A DNA stretch of 64,000 nucleotides from Candidatus Melainabacteria bacterium 17Bon1m (lineage in GTDB: Bacteria > Cyanobacteriota > Vampirovibrionia > Obscuribacterales > Obscuribacteraceae), in the NCBI GenBank assembly GCA_032128875.1, contig JAVLKG010000007.1:64001-128000 (forward strand), in the 5' to 3' direction. Positions 1 to 9,114 of the stretch are shown one piece after another. How positions within the stretch are numbered: the stretch's first letter is position 1; every line of letters starts with the position of its first letter. The translations under genes were made by a program, and so were the position numbers. The notes beneath the pieces are model-generated. The model worked only from the letters and a program-made list of their open reading frames with translations. It was not told the origin of the DNA and did no database searches.

Positions 1-406
1 GATTCGTAGCTGTTTTAGTATCGATTTAGATGTGCATTATAGATCTTCGAGAAATATCTCGCGCTGAATTTTCACCCAAATTCAAAGACTATCAAACCAC
101 ATGAAAACCAAAGCCCATCATGCTTTCCCAGCGTCGACCAAAAGTGATCCTAATGAACATCTGATGGCTATGTCGTTGCAGGAAATGCAAAATTCTTGTT
201 GGAGCAAAACAAACCGCCTCATCATAATTTCCGCGAAACGCAAAACTGATGGCACTCTACGATCACCTAATCATCATTGTTTGAACGTGAGGTCGAAAAA
301 GAATTTTTCGAATTTGCAGGCCAAATCTATTGTGTATTAGATTATGCGGTGTTAGTATTCCGTCTTGTGGGTTGGGATGAGTATTTCCACTAAGGAGGAA
401 ATCCGA

Positions 407-814
407 ATGAACCGAGCTGAGCTCGTTGAAAATGTAGCTAAGACCACAGGTCAAGCTAAGTCTGAAGTGACCAGAACTCTTTCTGCCTTCATTCACACAA
501 TCACTGGCGCTCTTTCCAAAGGCGACAAGGTAACCCTCGTCGGCTTCGGAACTTTCGAACGTCGCAATCGTAAAGCACGTACCGGCCGTAACCCGAGAAC
601 TCTTGCTCCGTTGAAAATCGCAGCAGCACGCGTTCCCGCTTTCCGCGCAGGTAAGGAACTCAAGGACATCGTAAATGGCCGCGCTAAGCAACCAACTTTG
701 GTTCTTGCTAAGCCGAAAGCTGCTAAGCCTGTTAAGAAGGCAGCTGCTAAGCCAGCTAAGAAAGCCGCTAAGCCAGCCAAAAAGGCAGCAAAAAAGGGCG
801 GTAAGAGAAGATAA
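407..814 (+). CDS. hup: HU family DNA-binding protein with Lys/Ala/Pro-rich C-terminal tail
   Basis: MNRAELVENVA...VTLVGFGTF...ARTGRNPRT...VPAFRAGKELK is the HU/IHF signature; SD AAGGAGG at 392-398 supports ATG 407. Confidence 0.95.
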   Translation: MNRAELVENVAKTTGQAKSEVTRTLSAFIHTITGALSKGDKVTLVGFGTFERRNRKARTGRNPRTLAPLKIAAARVPAFRAGKELKDIVNGRAKQPTLVLAKPKAAKPVKKAAAKPAKKAAKPAKKAAKKGGKRR

Positions 815-881
815 GCCTTCTCGATCTGAACCCTACGTATTAAATGGATTAGGTAAGGTAAGGATCATCTCAACCACTTCG

Positions 882-917
882 AAGGGCGCAGGACTTAGGT
901 TCTGCGCTTTTTCATTT
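882..917 (+). terminator. Intrinsic terminator after hup
   Basis: AAGGGCGCAGGA-loop-TTCTGCGCTTT stem followed by T-rich tract. Confidence 0.7.
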
Positions 918-1019
918 GTGGGAAACTTTGGGAAACGTGGAGAAAATTGATTGTGCTTTTCTACTGTGCGAAAAATTTTTCGCGCCACCCAACTACCCTC
1001 AAATCGGCATATGGCCTTT

Positions 1020-1183
1020 TACTCCGAAAAATCTGAAATTTCGGAGTAGCAAATTCCCGAAGTTCAAACGCACCAAAGGTTTCGAGCGATTTGAACATTC
1101 AAACGCAAAATTGTCCGCAACGCGCCGCCATTACACGTTTTACAGACTTGCCCACTCCGAAAAATTCCGAGTTTTCGGAGTGG
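1020..1183. promoter_or_regulatory. Two copies of an ACTCCGAAA...TTTCGGAGT inverted repeat (candidate operators)
   Basis: TACTCCGAAA-N9-TTTCGGAGTA at 1020-1048 and CCACTCCGAAAA-N8-TTTTCGGAGTGG at 1152-1183. Confidence 0.5.
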
Positions 1184-1282
1184 ATGGAGAGTGCTGAATT
1201 GAGACAGCTATTTTCTATGAGCTGAATTACAATCGATCTCTAACAGAATTTGCCGAACTCCCTTTTGCAGGATTTGAACTCA

Positions 1283-2158
1283 ATGAGTGATGGTAATCAG
1301 GCGCAGTCTAACTTCGACAATATCTGCATTGCGATGCCTTGCAGCGTGGACTGGAACGAAATGAAAGGCGACAACAAAGCTCGTCTCTGTGGCGGCTGCA
1401 ATAAAAATGTCTACAACCTCTCTGAAATGAGCAGAAAGGAAGTGGAGGAAGTGCTTTCGGGACCAACACTTCCCTGTATTCAGATTACTCGAACCGATGA
1501 AGGCAAAATCGTCACGAAAGAACAACCGAATTCGATTCGATACTTTTGGTCCTATGGAAAAACTGCCGTAAGCGCAATCCTGTCGTTGTTTGCGACCCTG
1601 GCGCCACAATGGGCATCAGCGGCTGACGAAAAAAACAAACTAATGCTTCGCGGAAAACCAGCGGTGATAACTCCACAGATCAAACAACAAACAGCGCAAC
1701 CCGTCACTCCTCTACCACCCGGTGTTCCAATCTATGTGCCGCGGAATCAAGGCACTACAGCCTTTTGGCCATCTTCAATAACAGGTTTGGGTTTCACCAG
1801 TGATGATCTGCCTCTGACTATTTCCGAGAAATTTTCTCCAGAACAATTCAAAGCTGTTGATAGACAAACGCTCTCTCTAAAATCTGTGCCGACTCAACTT
1901 GATAAAGAAGCATGGGAGTTGTTTTTCAAAGCTAGAAAACTTCATCTGAAGGCATCGATGCATGCCGTCAATAAGGAGCTTGAAAAAGCACTTCGCGATT
2001 GTCAAGAATCACACAAAATCTATCAGCTTGCTCTTGAGCAGATCGCGAGAGGAAGGCATGACGCTGCTTTTGCCGCCTTCGTCTATCAAGAACAAAACAA
2101 AACCACACAGATAGAATTACAGTGTCGGCAGTGTTTGAATCTTCCGCAGGCAAAGTAG
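1283..2158 (+). CDS. Hypothetical protein with N-terminal Cys-rich motif and internal hydrophobic segment
   Basis: Long ORF; PCSVDWNEMKGDNKARLCGGCNKNVYNLS motif; hydrophobic AVSAILSLFATLAPQWASA; start 1283 (ATG) or 1250 uncertain. Confidence 0.75.
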   Translation: MSDGNQAQSNFDNICIAMPCSVDWNEMKGDNKARLCGGCNKNVYNLSEMSRKEVEEVLSGPTLPCIQITRTDEGKIVTKEQPNSIRYFWSYGKTAVSAILSLFATLAPQWASAADEKNKLMLRGKPAVITPQIKQQTAQPVTPLPPGVPIYVPRNQGTTAFWPSSITGLGFTSDDLPLTISEKFSPEQFKAVDRQTLSLKSVPTQLDKEAWELFFKARKLHLKASMHAVNKELEKALRDCQESHKIYQLALEQIARGRHDAAFAAFVYQEQNKTTQIELQCRQCLNLPQAK

Positions 2159-2167
2159 GAGCGAAAG

Positions 2168-2217
2168 GACAGAGAAACGATGCAGCGACAGAGAAACGAT
2201 GCGACGACAGAGAAGCG
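2168..2217. repeat. 19-bp tandem repeat (about 2.6 copies)
   Basis: GACAGAGAAACGATGCAGC / GACAGAGAAACGATGCGAC / GACAGAGAAGCG. Confidence 0.8.
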
Positions 2218-2304
2218 CGCTGAACGGAACGATACTTTTTGATCGACTATTCCGATCATTTAGGAACTTCGACAGGATGACCTTGTCGGACAGGCATCTA
2301 TATT

Positions 2305-3411
2305 TTGGCGGAGGACACATCTGTGTTTCAAAACAAACTCGTATTGCTGGGAATCGGCGCAACTGTCTTAAATGCTGCAACAACAGTGAATCGCATGTTG
2401 CGGCGCATTGATTTCAAAGACAAAGTGGTCGTAATCACAGGTGGAAGCAGGGGACTTGGCTTAGTGCTTGCTCGCAGACTGGCGAAAGAAAACGCCAAGC
2501 TGGTTCTGCTCGCGCGCGACAACGAAGAATTAGAACTAGCAAAACAGCAATTGGAAGACAAAGACGCGATGGTGCGGACTTTTCAGTGTGACGTGACGGT
2601 TCAAAACGAAATAGAAGAGACGCTTGCGAAAGTCATCGAAGAAATGGGTGCTATTGACATCTTAATCAATAACGCGGGTGTTATTCAGGTCGGACCACAA
2701 GAGTCCATGACCACCGATGACTACCGAAATGCGCTTGACAGTCACTTCTGGGCGCCACTGTACGCGGCTTTGGCAGTAATTCCACACATGAAAGAAAGGA
2801 AGTTCGGTCGCATAGTGAACATTGCGTCAATCGGCGGAAAGATAAGCGTGCCGCATCTTTTGCCATACAACGCGAGCAAATTCGCTTTAGCGGGGCTTTC
2901 GGAAGGTCTCCGGTATGAACTGATGCCGGACAATGTTTTCGTCACTACAGTGTGCCCAGGCTTGATGCGTACCGGAAGTCATGTGAACGCCAAGTTCAAA
3001 GGGCAACACAAACTAGAATATGCTCTTTTCAGCACGATGAACTCCCTGCCATTTTTGTCGGCAAATGCAGAGCGCGCTGCCGCAGAAATTATCGACGCGT
3101 GCAGATTTGGTGATGCCGAATTGATCATCACGATGCCTGCAAAGCTCGCGACCAAATTCAAAGCACTTTTCCCAGAAACCACAGCCGAAGCGCTGGGAGC
3201 CATCAGTCGTTTCCTTCCGAAGAAAGGAGAAAATGGAAACGAGCTTAAGAGCGGGAAGGAAAGTCAAAGCGAACTTTCGCCCAATGCCTTTACATATCTG
3301 GCTGACAAAGCGGTTCTCAAAAACAATGAGGATAAAGTAGCTGCGAAAGAAGCCGCAACATCAGGTAGTAATGGGAGCGGAAACGGTGATGGAAACGAGC
3401 ATCACGAGTAA
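2305..3411 (+). CDS. SDR family NAD(P)-dependent oxidoreductase
   Basis: TGGSRGLG, NNAG and YNASK motifs; N-terminal hydrophobic anchor. Confidence 0.92.
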   Translation: MAEDTSVFQNKLVLLGIGATVLNAATTVNRMLRRIDFKDKVVVITGGSRGLGLVLARRLAKENAKLVLLARDNEELELAKQQLEDKDAMVRTFQCDVTVQNEIEETLAKVIEEMGAIDILINNAGVIQVGPQESMTTDDYRNALDSHFWAPLYAALAVIPHMKERKFGRIVNIASIGGKISVPHLLPYNASKFALAGLSEGLRYELMPDNVFVTTVCPGLMRTGSHVNAKFKGQHKLEYALFSTMNSLPFLSANAERAAAEIIDACRFGDAELIITMPAKLATKFKALFPETTAEALGAISRFLPKKGENGNELKSGKESQSELSPNAFTYLADKAVLKNNEDKVAAKEAATSGSNGSGNGDGNEHHE

Positions 3412-3427
3412 CTTGTAGAAAGCGGGC

Positions 3428-3570
3428 CGGAGCGCCGCCATCTTGGCGGCTTCGAATGCGTCCATAAATGCAGTTATAAATGCCGGCTGGAAGCCGGCGC
3501 TCTCATTGAAGAACGGTCGACGCATGGCGTCCTACAGTAAAAAACCGGGCGAGGCATGTCCTCGCCCCTA
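3428..3570. repeat. Cluster of REP-like palindromes between convergent genes
   Basis: GCCGCCATCTTGGCGGC, GCCGGCTGGAAGCCGGCGCTC, GACGCATGGCGTCCTAC, GGGCGAGGCATGTCCTCGCCCCTA. Confidence 0.7.
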
Positions 3571-5412
3571 TTTTGATTCGAGACTGAACCAAAAAACAGA
3601 ACCGCCGCCGTCTGCATCGCGAACGCCTATTGAGCCGCCGTGCTGCAAGACAATGGCTTTGCAGATTGCCAGGCCAAGACCAAAGCCGAGTTTTGAATCG
3701 CGCTTTTTGTCGGCTTGTTTGTAGCGTTCGAAAATGGAATTCTTCTTTGAAGTGGGAACACCTGGTCCTTGGTCGGCAACTTCAATAATTACGCGCCCAT
3801 CTTCAGTCTTGTTTGAGAGTCGGATCTCCCCACCTTCAGGTGAATATTTCACCGCATTCGATACCAAGTTCATAAGCACTTCTTGAATATAACCGCGGTC
3901 AGCAAACACTGACTGGCTCTCGACTTTGTTCACAATATCGAGCTTTTTGCTTTCCAACTGAGGTGCAATTATTGAAGCGACCTCTTTAGTCAGGTCAGAA
4001 ATGTCAATCTTTTCTTGACTTAGTTCGATATCGCTTGTCGCTATTTGCTCGATTTTCAACACACGATTCACCAGCTCCAGAAGCACGGACGCGCTCTTCA
4101 ATGCAACTTCCAAGCGATCCCGTGTTTCTTTCGCCAAAGCACCATGGGCTCCCTTCAGCTCCAACTGCAAGACACCGCTGATAGTACCAAGCGGAGTGCG
4201 CATGTCGTGACTTATCATAGACAGGAAATCCGACCTTGCTTGTTTCAGACGATAAGATTCTGTTTCGTCAGCAACAACAGTAAGGTACTTTTTCTCCGCT
4301 TCCGCCCCAAAAGAAACAGTTGAAACCTTGACTGGAACTAATTCCTTCTCTGGTGTCAAAGCGAAAAGATCCATTGGAGTGCTTCCAGTCTCGCGCGCAA
4401 GCACAGTAATGAAATTGGTTCGATTTTCAGAATTGAGCTGAAAGAGTTTTGAAAGTTTTTGCTCGTGAAAATAGTTCAAATCAATGTTGAAAAAATCACG
4501 CGCAAACTTATTGATAGATTCTACTCTGCCTTCAGAATCAGTGATGAACAGTGCCGATGGAAGTGCATCGATTACTGTCTGCAAACTGTCGCGCGACTTC
4601 GCGACCTGTTGCATCATTTCCAATTGCGCCTGCCGACCGGCCTCAAGATTTTCAGCCATTGAGCGAAAGCTTTCGTCCAACTCGCCCAGTTCGTCTTCGG
4701 ATTTGGCAGTAGGCAGAAGCGGCTGATGATCAGCCAATCGCTTGTAATTTTCTTGAATAGAGCGAACGCGTCGCACGATTGTTTGCGTAACGTACACGGC
4801 AAAAATGACAGAGATTAGCGAGTTGATTAACAACGCTAAATCGAACACGTTTCGCAACTTGGAACGTGACGCATTCTCAGCAATGACGCCGGTTTCCACA
4901 GCGACCTTCGCCTTGCGATCGATCTCTCGCAATGTTTCAACCATAGCAAGCATGGCGCGTTTCACACGTTGGTTTCGCTCCAGGTCTTCAAAAAACGAAC
5001 CAAACTGATTTTCCTTATCAGGCCTAAAGTCAGACTCCTTCAGAGAATGCAGCAGCTCAGCGTAAAGAAAATGGATCTTCGATGCACCAGCAGGATTGTT
5101 CAATTTATTGGTCAGCAAGGACTCCAGTTCTTCAACATCTTTCGCCATGCGCTCCATGTAGAGCTCATGCTCCTGCTTATCCTTTTCGCTGTGAAACATC
5201 TTGTACTGCATGAGCCCCTGCAGCGCGAATACTTCATTGGTGATGATACTGTTCGCGGTACTGGCTTCAGCCCGTCTGGCGTCTAGCTCTTCGACTTGGC
5301 GCTCAAGTGTTTTCACTTGGCTTTGTGTTTCGGAATACAGGTAAACGTTGACTGCAAGCGGCACAAGAGCAGCGAGCCAGAGCTTATGCGAGAGGGTCAG
5401 TTTTGCAGCCAT
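3568..5412 (-). CDS. Sensor histidine kinase (TM-periplasmic-TM-HAMP-PAS-HisKA-HATPase)
   Basis: SHDMRTPL H-box, NLVSNAVKYS N-box, DQGPG, GFGLGLAIC; two hydrophobic segments; ATG 5412. Confidence 0.93.
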   Translation of the reverse strand: MAAKLTLSHKLWLAALVPLAVNVYLYSETQSQVKTLERQVEELDARRAEASTANSIITNEVFALQGLMQYKMFHSEKDKQEHELYMERMAKDVEELESLLTNKLNNPAGASKIHFLYAELLHSLKESDFRPDKENQFGSFFEDLERNQRVKRAMLAMVETLREIDRKAKVAVETGVIAENASRSKLRNVFDLALLINSLISVIFAVYVTQTIVRRVRSIQENYKRLADHQPLLPTAKSEDELGELDESFRSMAENLEAGRQAQLEMMQQVAKSRDSLQTVIDALPSALFITDSEGRVESINKFARDFFNIDLNYFHEQKLSKLFQLNSENRTNFITVLARETGSTPMDLFALTPEKELVPVKVSTVSFGAEAEKKYLTVVADETESYRLKQARSDFLSMISHDMRTPLGTISGVLQLELKGAHGALAKETRDRLEVALKSASVLLELVNRVLKIEQIATSDIELSQEKIDISDLTKEVASIIAPQLESKKLDIVNKVESQSVFADRGYIQEVLMNLVSNAVKYSPEGGEIRLSNKTEDGRVIIEVADQGPGVPTSKKNSIFERYKQADKKRDSKLGFGLGLAICKAIVLQHGGSIGVRDADGGGSVFWFSLESK

Positions 5413-5497
5413 TTGTCCCTTTCGTACAAATTCGGATCGGCATTGGATCGGCTTTAGTGCAGGAAAAGTGCCTAAAGCTACGATAACAGAGTTCAAA

Positions 5498-5677
5498 ACC
5501 GGGCGACGCTATGGGTCGCCCCTACGAAAACGGAAAACCGGGGCGCATGCAATGCGCCCCCACGAAAGACAAAAACCGGGGCGCATGCAATGCGCCCCCA
5601 CGAAAGACAAAAACCGGGGCGCATGCAATGCGCCCCCACGAAAAACGGAAAACCAGGGCGCATGCAACGCGCCCACG
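5498..5677. repeat. Tandem array of REP-like palindromes, 38-bp period
   Basis: GGGGCGCATGCAATGCGCCCCCACG at 5540, 5578, 5616 plus degenerate first and last copies, with near-identical A-rich linkers. Confidence 0.85.
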
Positions 5678-5940
5678 CCCCAGCTGAACAGATCATCACT
5701 GCGCCAACCGTATATGCGCTAGCGATGCTAATTTTAGGCGGTTTCTAAGATGTGACTAAAGCCCGATTGTCAAGCGGCTCGATAGCACCACAATGTCGCC
5801 AAATTTCGGGTTTCCATTACCCCAAATAAAGCTCATTTAAGTACTTCTATTGGCTAAGTGTTCAGTGATTACAAAAACTTATATGCCTGTAATCGCACGG
5901 CCTGTTCATTTACGACGTGCGCGACATTAGAGTCTATGGC

Positions 5941-6185
5941 ACCACCCTCTTTACTTCACACGGAAACAACCAAATAACTTCTCTATCGTTCAACTTCTAG
6001 ACATCAACGTCGCCCGGACTTAAGGCCGTAGTTAACGCTCTTCTGAGCGAAGACAACGACTTTCAATCCGGGCTTTTAGATCTCCTGCGGACCACGCCCC
6101 GTTTCCACCTCCGACCTAGCGCAACAGGCGACAGGCTCAGGTGGGTAGCGACGTTGTTCCTGCATCGGAGAAAGGAGACCTGAAT
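5941..6185 (+). promoter_or_regulatory. Structured 5' leader of mgtC-family gene
   Basis: G-poor tract (4 G in 5941-6000), long hairpins 6012-6073 and 6081-6171, the second abutting SD AAAGGAG. Confidence 0.5.
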
Positions 6186-6863
6186 ATGCTCAGTAACCTG
6201 TTCACTGATATCATGGCCAACCCCATCGTGCAGCAGATGCACACGTACATGCCGCATGTTTTGCTGGCAATTGCGTTGGGTGCTGGTATCGGACTCGAGC
6301 GCCGTCATCACAACAAGATCGCCGGTGTTCGTACCCATTTGCTCGTCTGCGTGAGCTCTTGCATCATCACGCTGATGGGCGCACTGATCGTCAAAGCGGC
6401 AGGCATCGGAGACGCCACCCGAATTGCCGGACAAATTCTGCCTGCTCTGGGCTTCATCGGAATGGGCGTGATCAGTCGCAAAGGCTGGACGACTTCCGGT
6501 GTCACCACGGCGGCAACGATTCTCTTCACTGCCGGCGTCGGCATCATGCTGGGTTACGGATACTTTTCTCCGGCCGTCGTCGTGTCCATTGTGACCATGA
6601 CGATGGTTCAGCTCAGCTACTGGATTTTCCCCAACACCGACAGCTGGCATGGGTTGCGGGTCGTTTGTCCGGAGGAGCACTTCCATGAGGTCCGCAAACT
6701 CTTCGGCGAGCGCGCCAAGCTGGAGAGTCTCTCCAAGAACAACGGCAATTGTTCTTTCCTCCTGCTGGCCGAGCTGAGCACCGATGAAATCGATGACCTC
6801 ATCGCGCAGCAGGTGCACAACCCTCACATCATCACGATCGAGCTCGCTGAGGCGAAGGAATAA
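6186..6863 (+). CDS. mgtC: MgtC/SapB family membrane protein
   Basis: LGAGIGLER...AGVRTHLLV...DATRIAGQI...GFIGMGVI...GVTTAATI motifs; SD upstream of ATG 6186. Confidence 0.9.
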   Translation: MLSNLFTDIMANPIVQQMHTYMPHVLLAIALGAGIGLERRHHNKIAGVRTHLLVCVSSCIITLMGALIVKAAGIGDATRIAGQILPALGFIGMGVISRKGWTTSGVTTAATILFTAGVGIMLGYGYFSPAVVVSIVTMTMVQLSYWIFPNTDSWHGLRVVCPEEHFHEVRKLFGERAKLESLSKNNGNCSFLLLAELSTDEIDDLIAQQVHNPHIITIELAEAKE

Positions 6864-6960
6864 CCTCGCTCTTCTGTAGTCGAAACAGTGCCCGGACGTC
6901 CTGCGGCTGAGCTTTTGCTCCGTCGCCGGCGTCCGCAGGCACGCAACTTACGAGCAACAA

Positions 6961-7572
6961 ATGAGCCTGAAATCCAAACTGATCGCAGCATTGCTTGCAG
7001 CACTGCTGGTATTCTCAGGTGGCGTCTACACTGGGTATCGCATCCAGCCGGCGCCCATGCAGGGGCAACTCGAGACGGTTTTCACGCCGTACGAGGATGG
7101 TCTGCAAGCCTACCTGCGCTTCCTCGATCGCGCGGAAAAATCCGTGCATATCGCCGTCTACACCTTCACCGACCCGCGCATCTACGACAAGCTCCTGGAG
7201 CTGCATGCGCGTGGGGTGAAGGACATCCACATCTTGATCGACCTCTCGCAAACGCGCGGCTGGTCGGGAGATGACATCGAGAAAGGCATCGGTCGCCTGC
7301 GAGCAGCGGGTATCGAAGTCGTGATCGGGACTTCCGAAAAGAGCAACCAGATCATGCACTCGAAGTACACCATCGTCGATGGTGTCTGGGTCGAAGACGG
7401 CAGCTGGAACTACACCAAGCTCGCCAACAAGCAAGCCAATTACCTGAACTTCAGCTACGACTCAAGGCGTGGCGCGTTGTTCATGGCCAACTGGCAGCGC
7501 ATGTATGTCTTCATGAAAGCGCAGCAAGACGCGCGTGATGCGGCTGAGAAAACCGCACCCCGCAAGCGCTGA
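6961..7572 (+). CDS. Single-domain phospholipase D/Nuc-like protein with signal peptide or N-terminal anchor
   Basis: HSKYTIVD (HxKxxxxD) followed by GSWN; AEKSVHIAVYTFTD; hydrophobic N-terminus. Confidence 0.9.
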   Translation: MSLKSKLIAALLAALLVFSGGVYTGYRIQPAPMQGQLETVFTPYEDGLQAYLRFLDRAEKSVHIAVYTFTDPRIYDKLLELHARGVKDIHILIDLSQTRGWSGDDIEKGIGRLRAAGIEVVIGTSEKSNQIMHSKYTIVDGVWVEDGSWNYTKLANKQANYLNFSYDSRRGALFMANWQRMYVFMKAQQDARDAAEKTAPRKR

Positions 7573-7602
7573 AGCGTATAAGCACTGTTAAAACAGGAGT
7601 TT

Positions 7603-7836
7603 GTGATGAAACAAAACAACAAACGCGGTCGATTCGACTTCAAGGTCGGCGACCGTGTCGAGATCACGCGCAAGGACATTGCCTGGGGATCTCGCAAGAA
7701 ACAGCGCTACGGCTACGTCACTGGCATAGACGGCGCCTACCACTACGTGCGCCCGCTGTGGTGGAAGCAAGACGAAGTCTTCGAGCTGTACGCCGGAGAG
7801 ATTCGTCACGCGCCACTCAAGAAGAAGAAGGGCTAA
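7603..7836 (+). CDS. Small basic KOW/SH3-like protein
   Basis: FKVGDRVEITR...YGYVTGIDG; SD AGGAG at 7595; codon style matches neighbours. Confidence 0.7.
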   Translation: MMKQNNKRGRFDFKVGDRVEITRKDIAWGSRKKQRYGYVTGIDGAYHYVRPLWWKQDEVFELYAGEIRHAPLKKKKG

Positions 7837-8070
7837 GCATCAGGGACGCGAGCGTTCGCGTTCTTTCCTCAAGCCGCGGCGCCAGCAAGTGCCCAGTGCG
7901 ACCGTCTTTGAGGTTCATGGCCTGTGTCTTTTACGCGCGCTTCGAGCGTGCGGGATACAGGCCGATTTTCATGACTCAGAGGGCGAGAAAGAAAAGAATC
8001 GCTCTCGCAGAGGAAACCACACCGCAGGAGATGGCACTCTTCACTGCGCGCCGGTTTCTGGAGTCTCTTC

Positions 8071-8982
8071 ATGCGACCACGCAAAATCACTATCGTTTTC
8101 AATCCGAAGGGCGGCTCGGCTAAGGTCAACACCGTGACCCAGCTCGCTCAAATCTTCCGCTCTCTCGGCATCGAGACGACTGTTGTTCATACCACCGCAG
8201 AGCCGGGCTCCGCGACAAAACTGGCTCGTCAGGCTGCGCTTGACGGTGCCAATGTCGTGATTCCGTTCGGCGGCGACGGCACTGTTCGTGCTGTGGCTGA
8301 GGGCCTCATCGGCACCGAAGCCGTGCTCGCGGTCTTCCCCGGCGGCACCGGCAACTTGTTTGCCCGGTCGTTCTACGCCAACCCGACCGTCGAGCAGTTC
8401 GCCGACATGGTGGTCAACGGCACTCCCCAGCCCATCGACATGGTCAAACTCGCCTACAGCGATGCGGCCGGTCAGGAGCACACGCAGTATCAGCTCGTGG
8501 CGCTCGGTCTGGGCAAGGTGTCGGATGCGATTTCGGAAGCGAATCCCTTCTTCAAGCGCATGTTCGGGAAGCTCGCTTATGTGGCGCGCGTCATCCGTGC
8601 CTGCCTCTCTCCCAACCCGCTGCGCTTCCGCCTCACGGCGAACGGCAAGGTTCGCGACAGCAGCGCGGCGGCGGTGTTCGTCCTCAATGTGACACCACCG
8701 ATGATGTCAGCACTGAGCCGGGGCGTTTCCGCTTCGGACGGGTTGCTCGACGTCGTCGTCATCAGCGGCGTGAACACCTGGCAGTTGATCGGCTTTGCCT
8801 GCGCAATGAGCTTCGGCCGTCCCGAAGGCAGCCGTCACTACCACAAGTTCCGCACCGAGGAGCTGACGATCGAATCTTCGGGACCAGTTATCCCGAACAT
8901 CGACGGCGACTCCGGCAAGCCCACGCAGTCCTTGCGCGTCACCAACGTCAAGGGCGCAATCAAGGCGATTCTCAGCTACTGA
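8071..8982 (+). CDS. Diacylglycerol/lipid kinase family protein (YegS/DgkB-like)
   Basis: VFNPKGG, GGDGT, PGGTGNLFAR, DGLLDV and NIDGD motifs. Confidence 0.92.
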   Translation: MRPRKITIVFNPKGGSAKVNTVTQLAQIFRSLGIETTVVHTTAEPGSATKLARQAALDGANVVIPFGGDGTVRAVAEGLIGTEAVLAVFPGGTGNLFARSFYANPTVEQFADMVVNGTPQPIDMVKLAYSDAAGQEHTQYQLVALGLGKVSDAISEANPFFKRMFGKLAYVARVIRACLSPNPLRFRLTANGKVRDSSAAAVFVLNVTPPMMSALSRGVSASDGLLDVVVISGVNTWQLIGFACAMSFGRPEGSRHYHKFRTEELTIESSGPVIPNIDGDSGKPTQSLRVTNVKGAIKAILSY

Positions 8983-9114
8983 GTGTCGCAAGGCGGAATG
9001 CGTCCTAACGCGTTCTTGCCAACAATGTCCATTCTTCACCGCGCAAGCACCGGCTCTGATTCGCTCAGAGTCCGGTTCTTCGCACAAATACTCCAACTCT
9101 GGAGGTACCAAACT

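Noticed and set aside
101-340. 79-aa ORF upstream of hup
   Set aside because: No SD or motif; AT-rich sequence more consistent with the hup promoter region.
5498-5677. CRISPR array
   Set aside because: Period is only 38 bp, linkers are near-identical rather than unique spacers, the unit matches the dispersed REP-like family, and no cas genes are present.
6012-6171. M-box (ykoK) riboswitch call for the mgtC leader
   Set aside because: Conserved M-box sequence blocks were not recognisable; kept only as an unknown structured leader.
6961-7572. PLD (and the patatin at 37326-38411) as anti-phage defence effectors
   Set aside because: No cyclase, helicase, methylase or other defence partner is adjacent; the neighbours are lipid enzymes.
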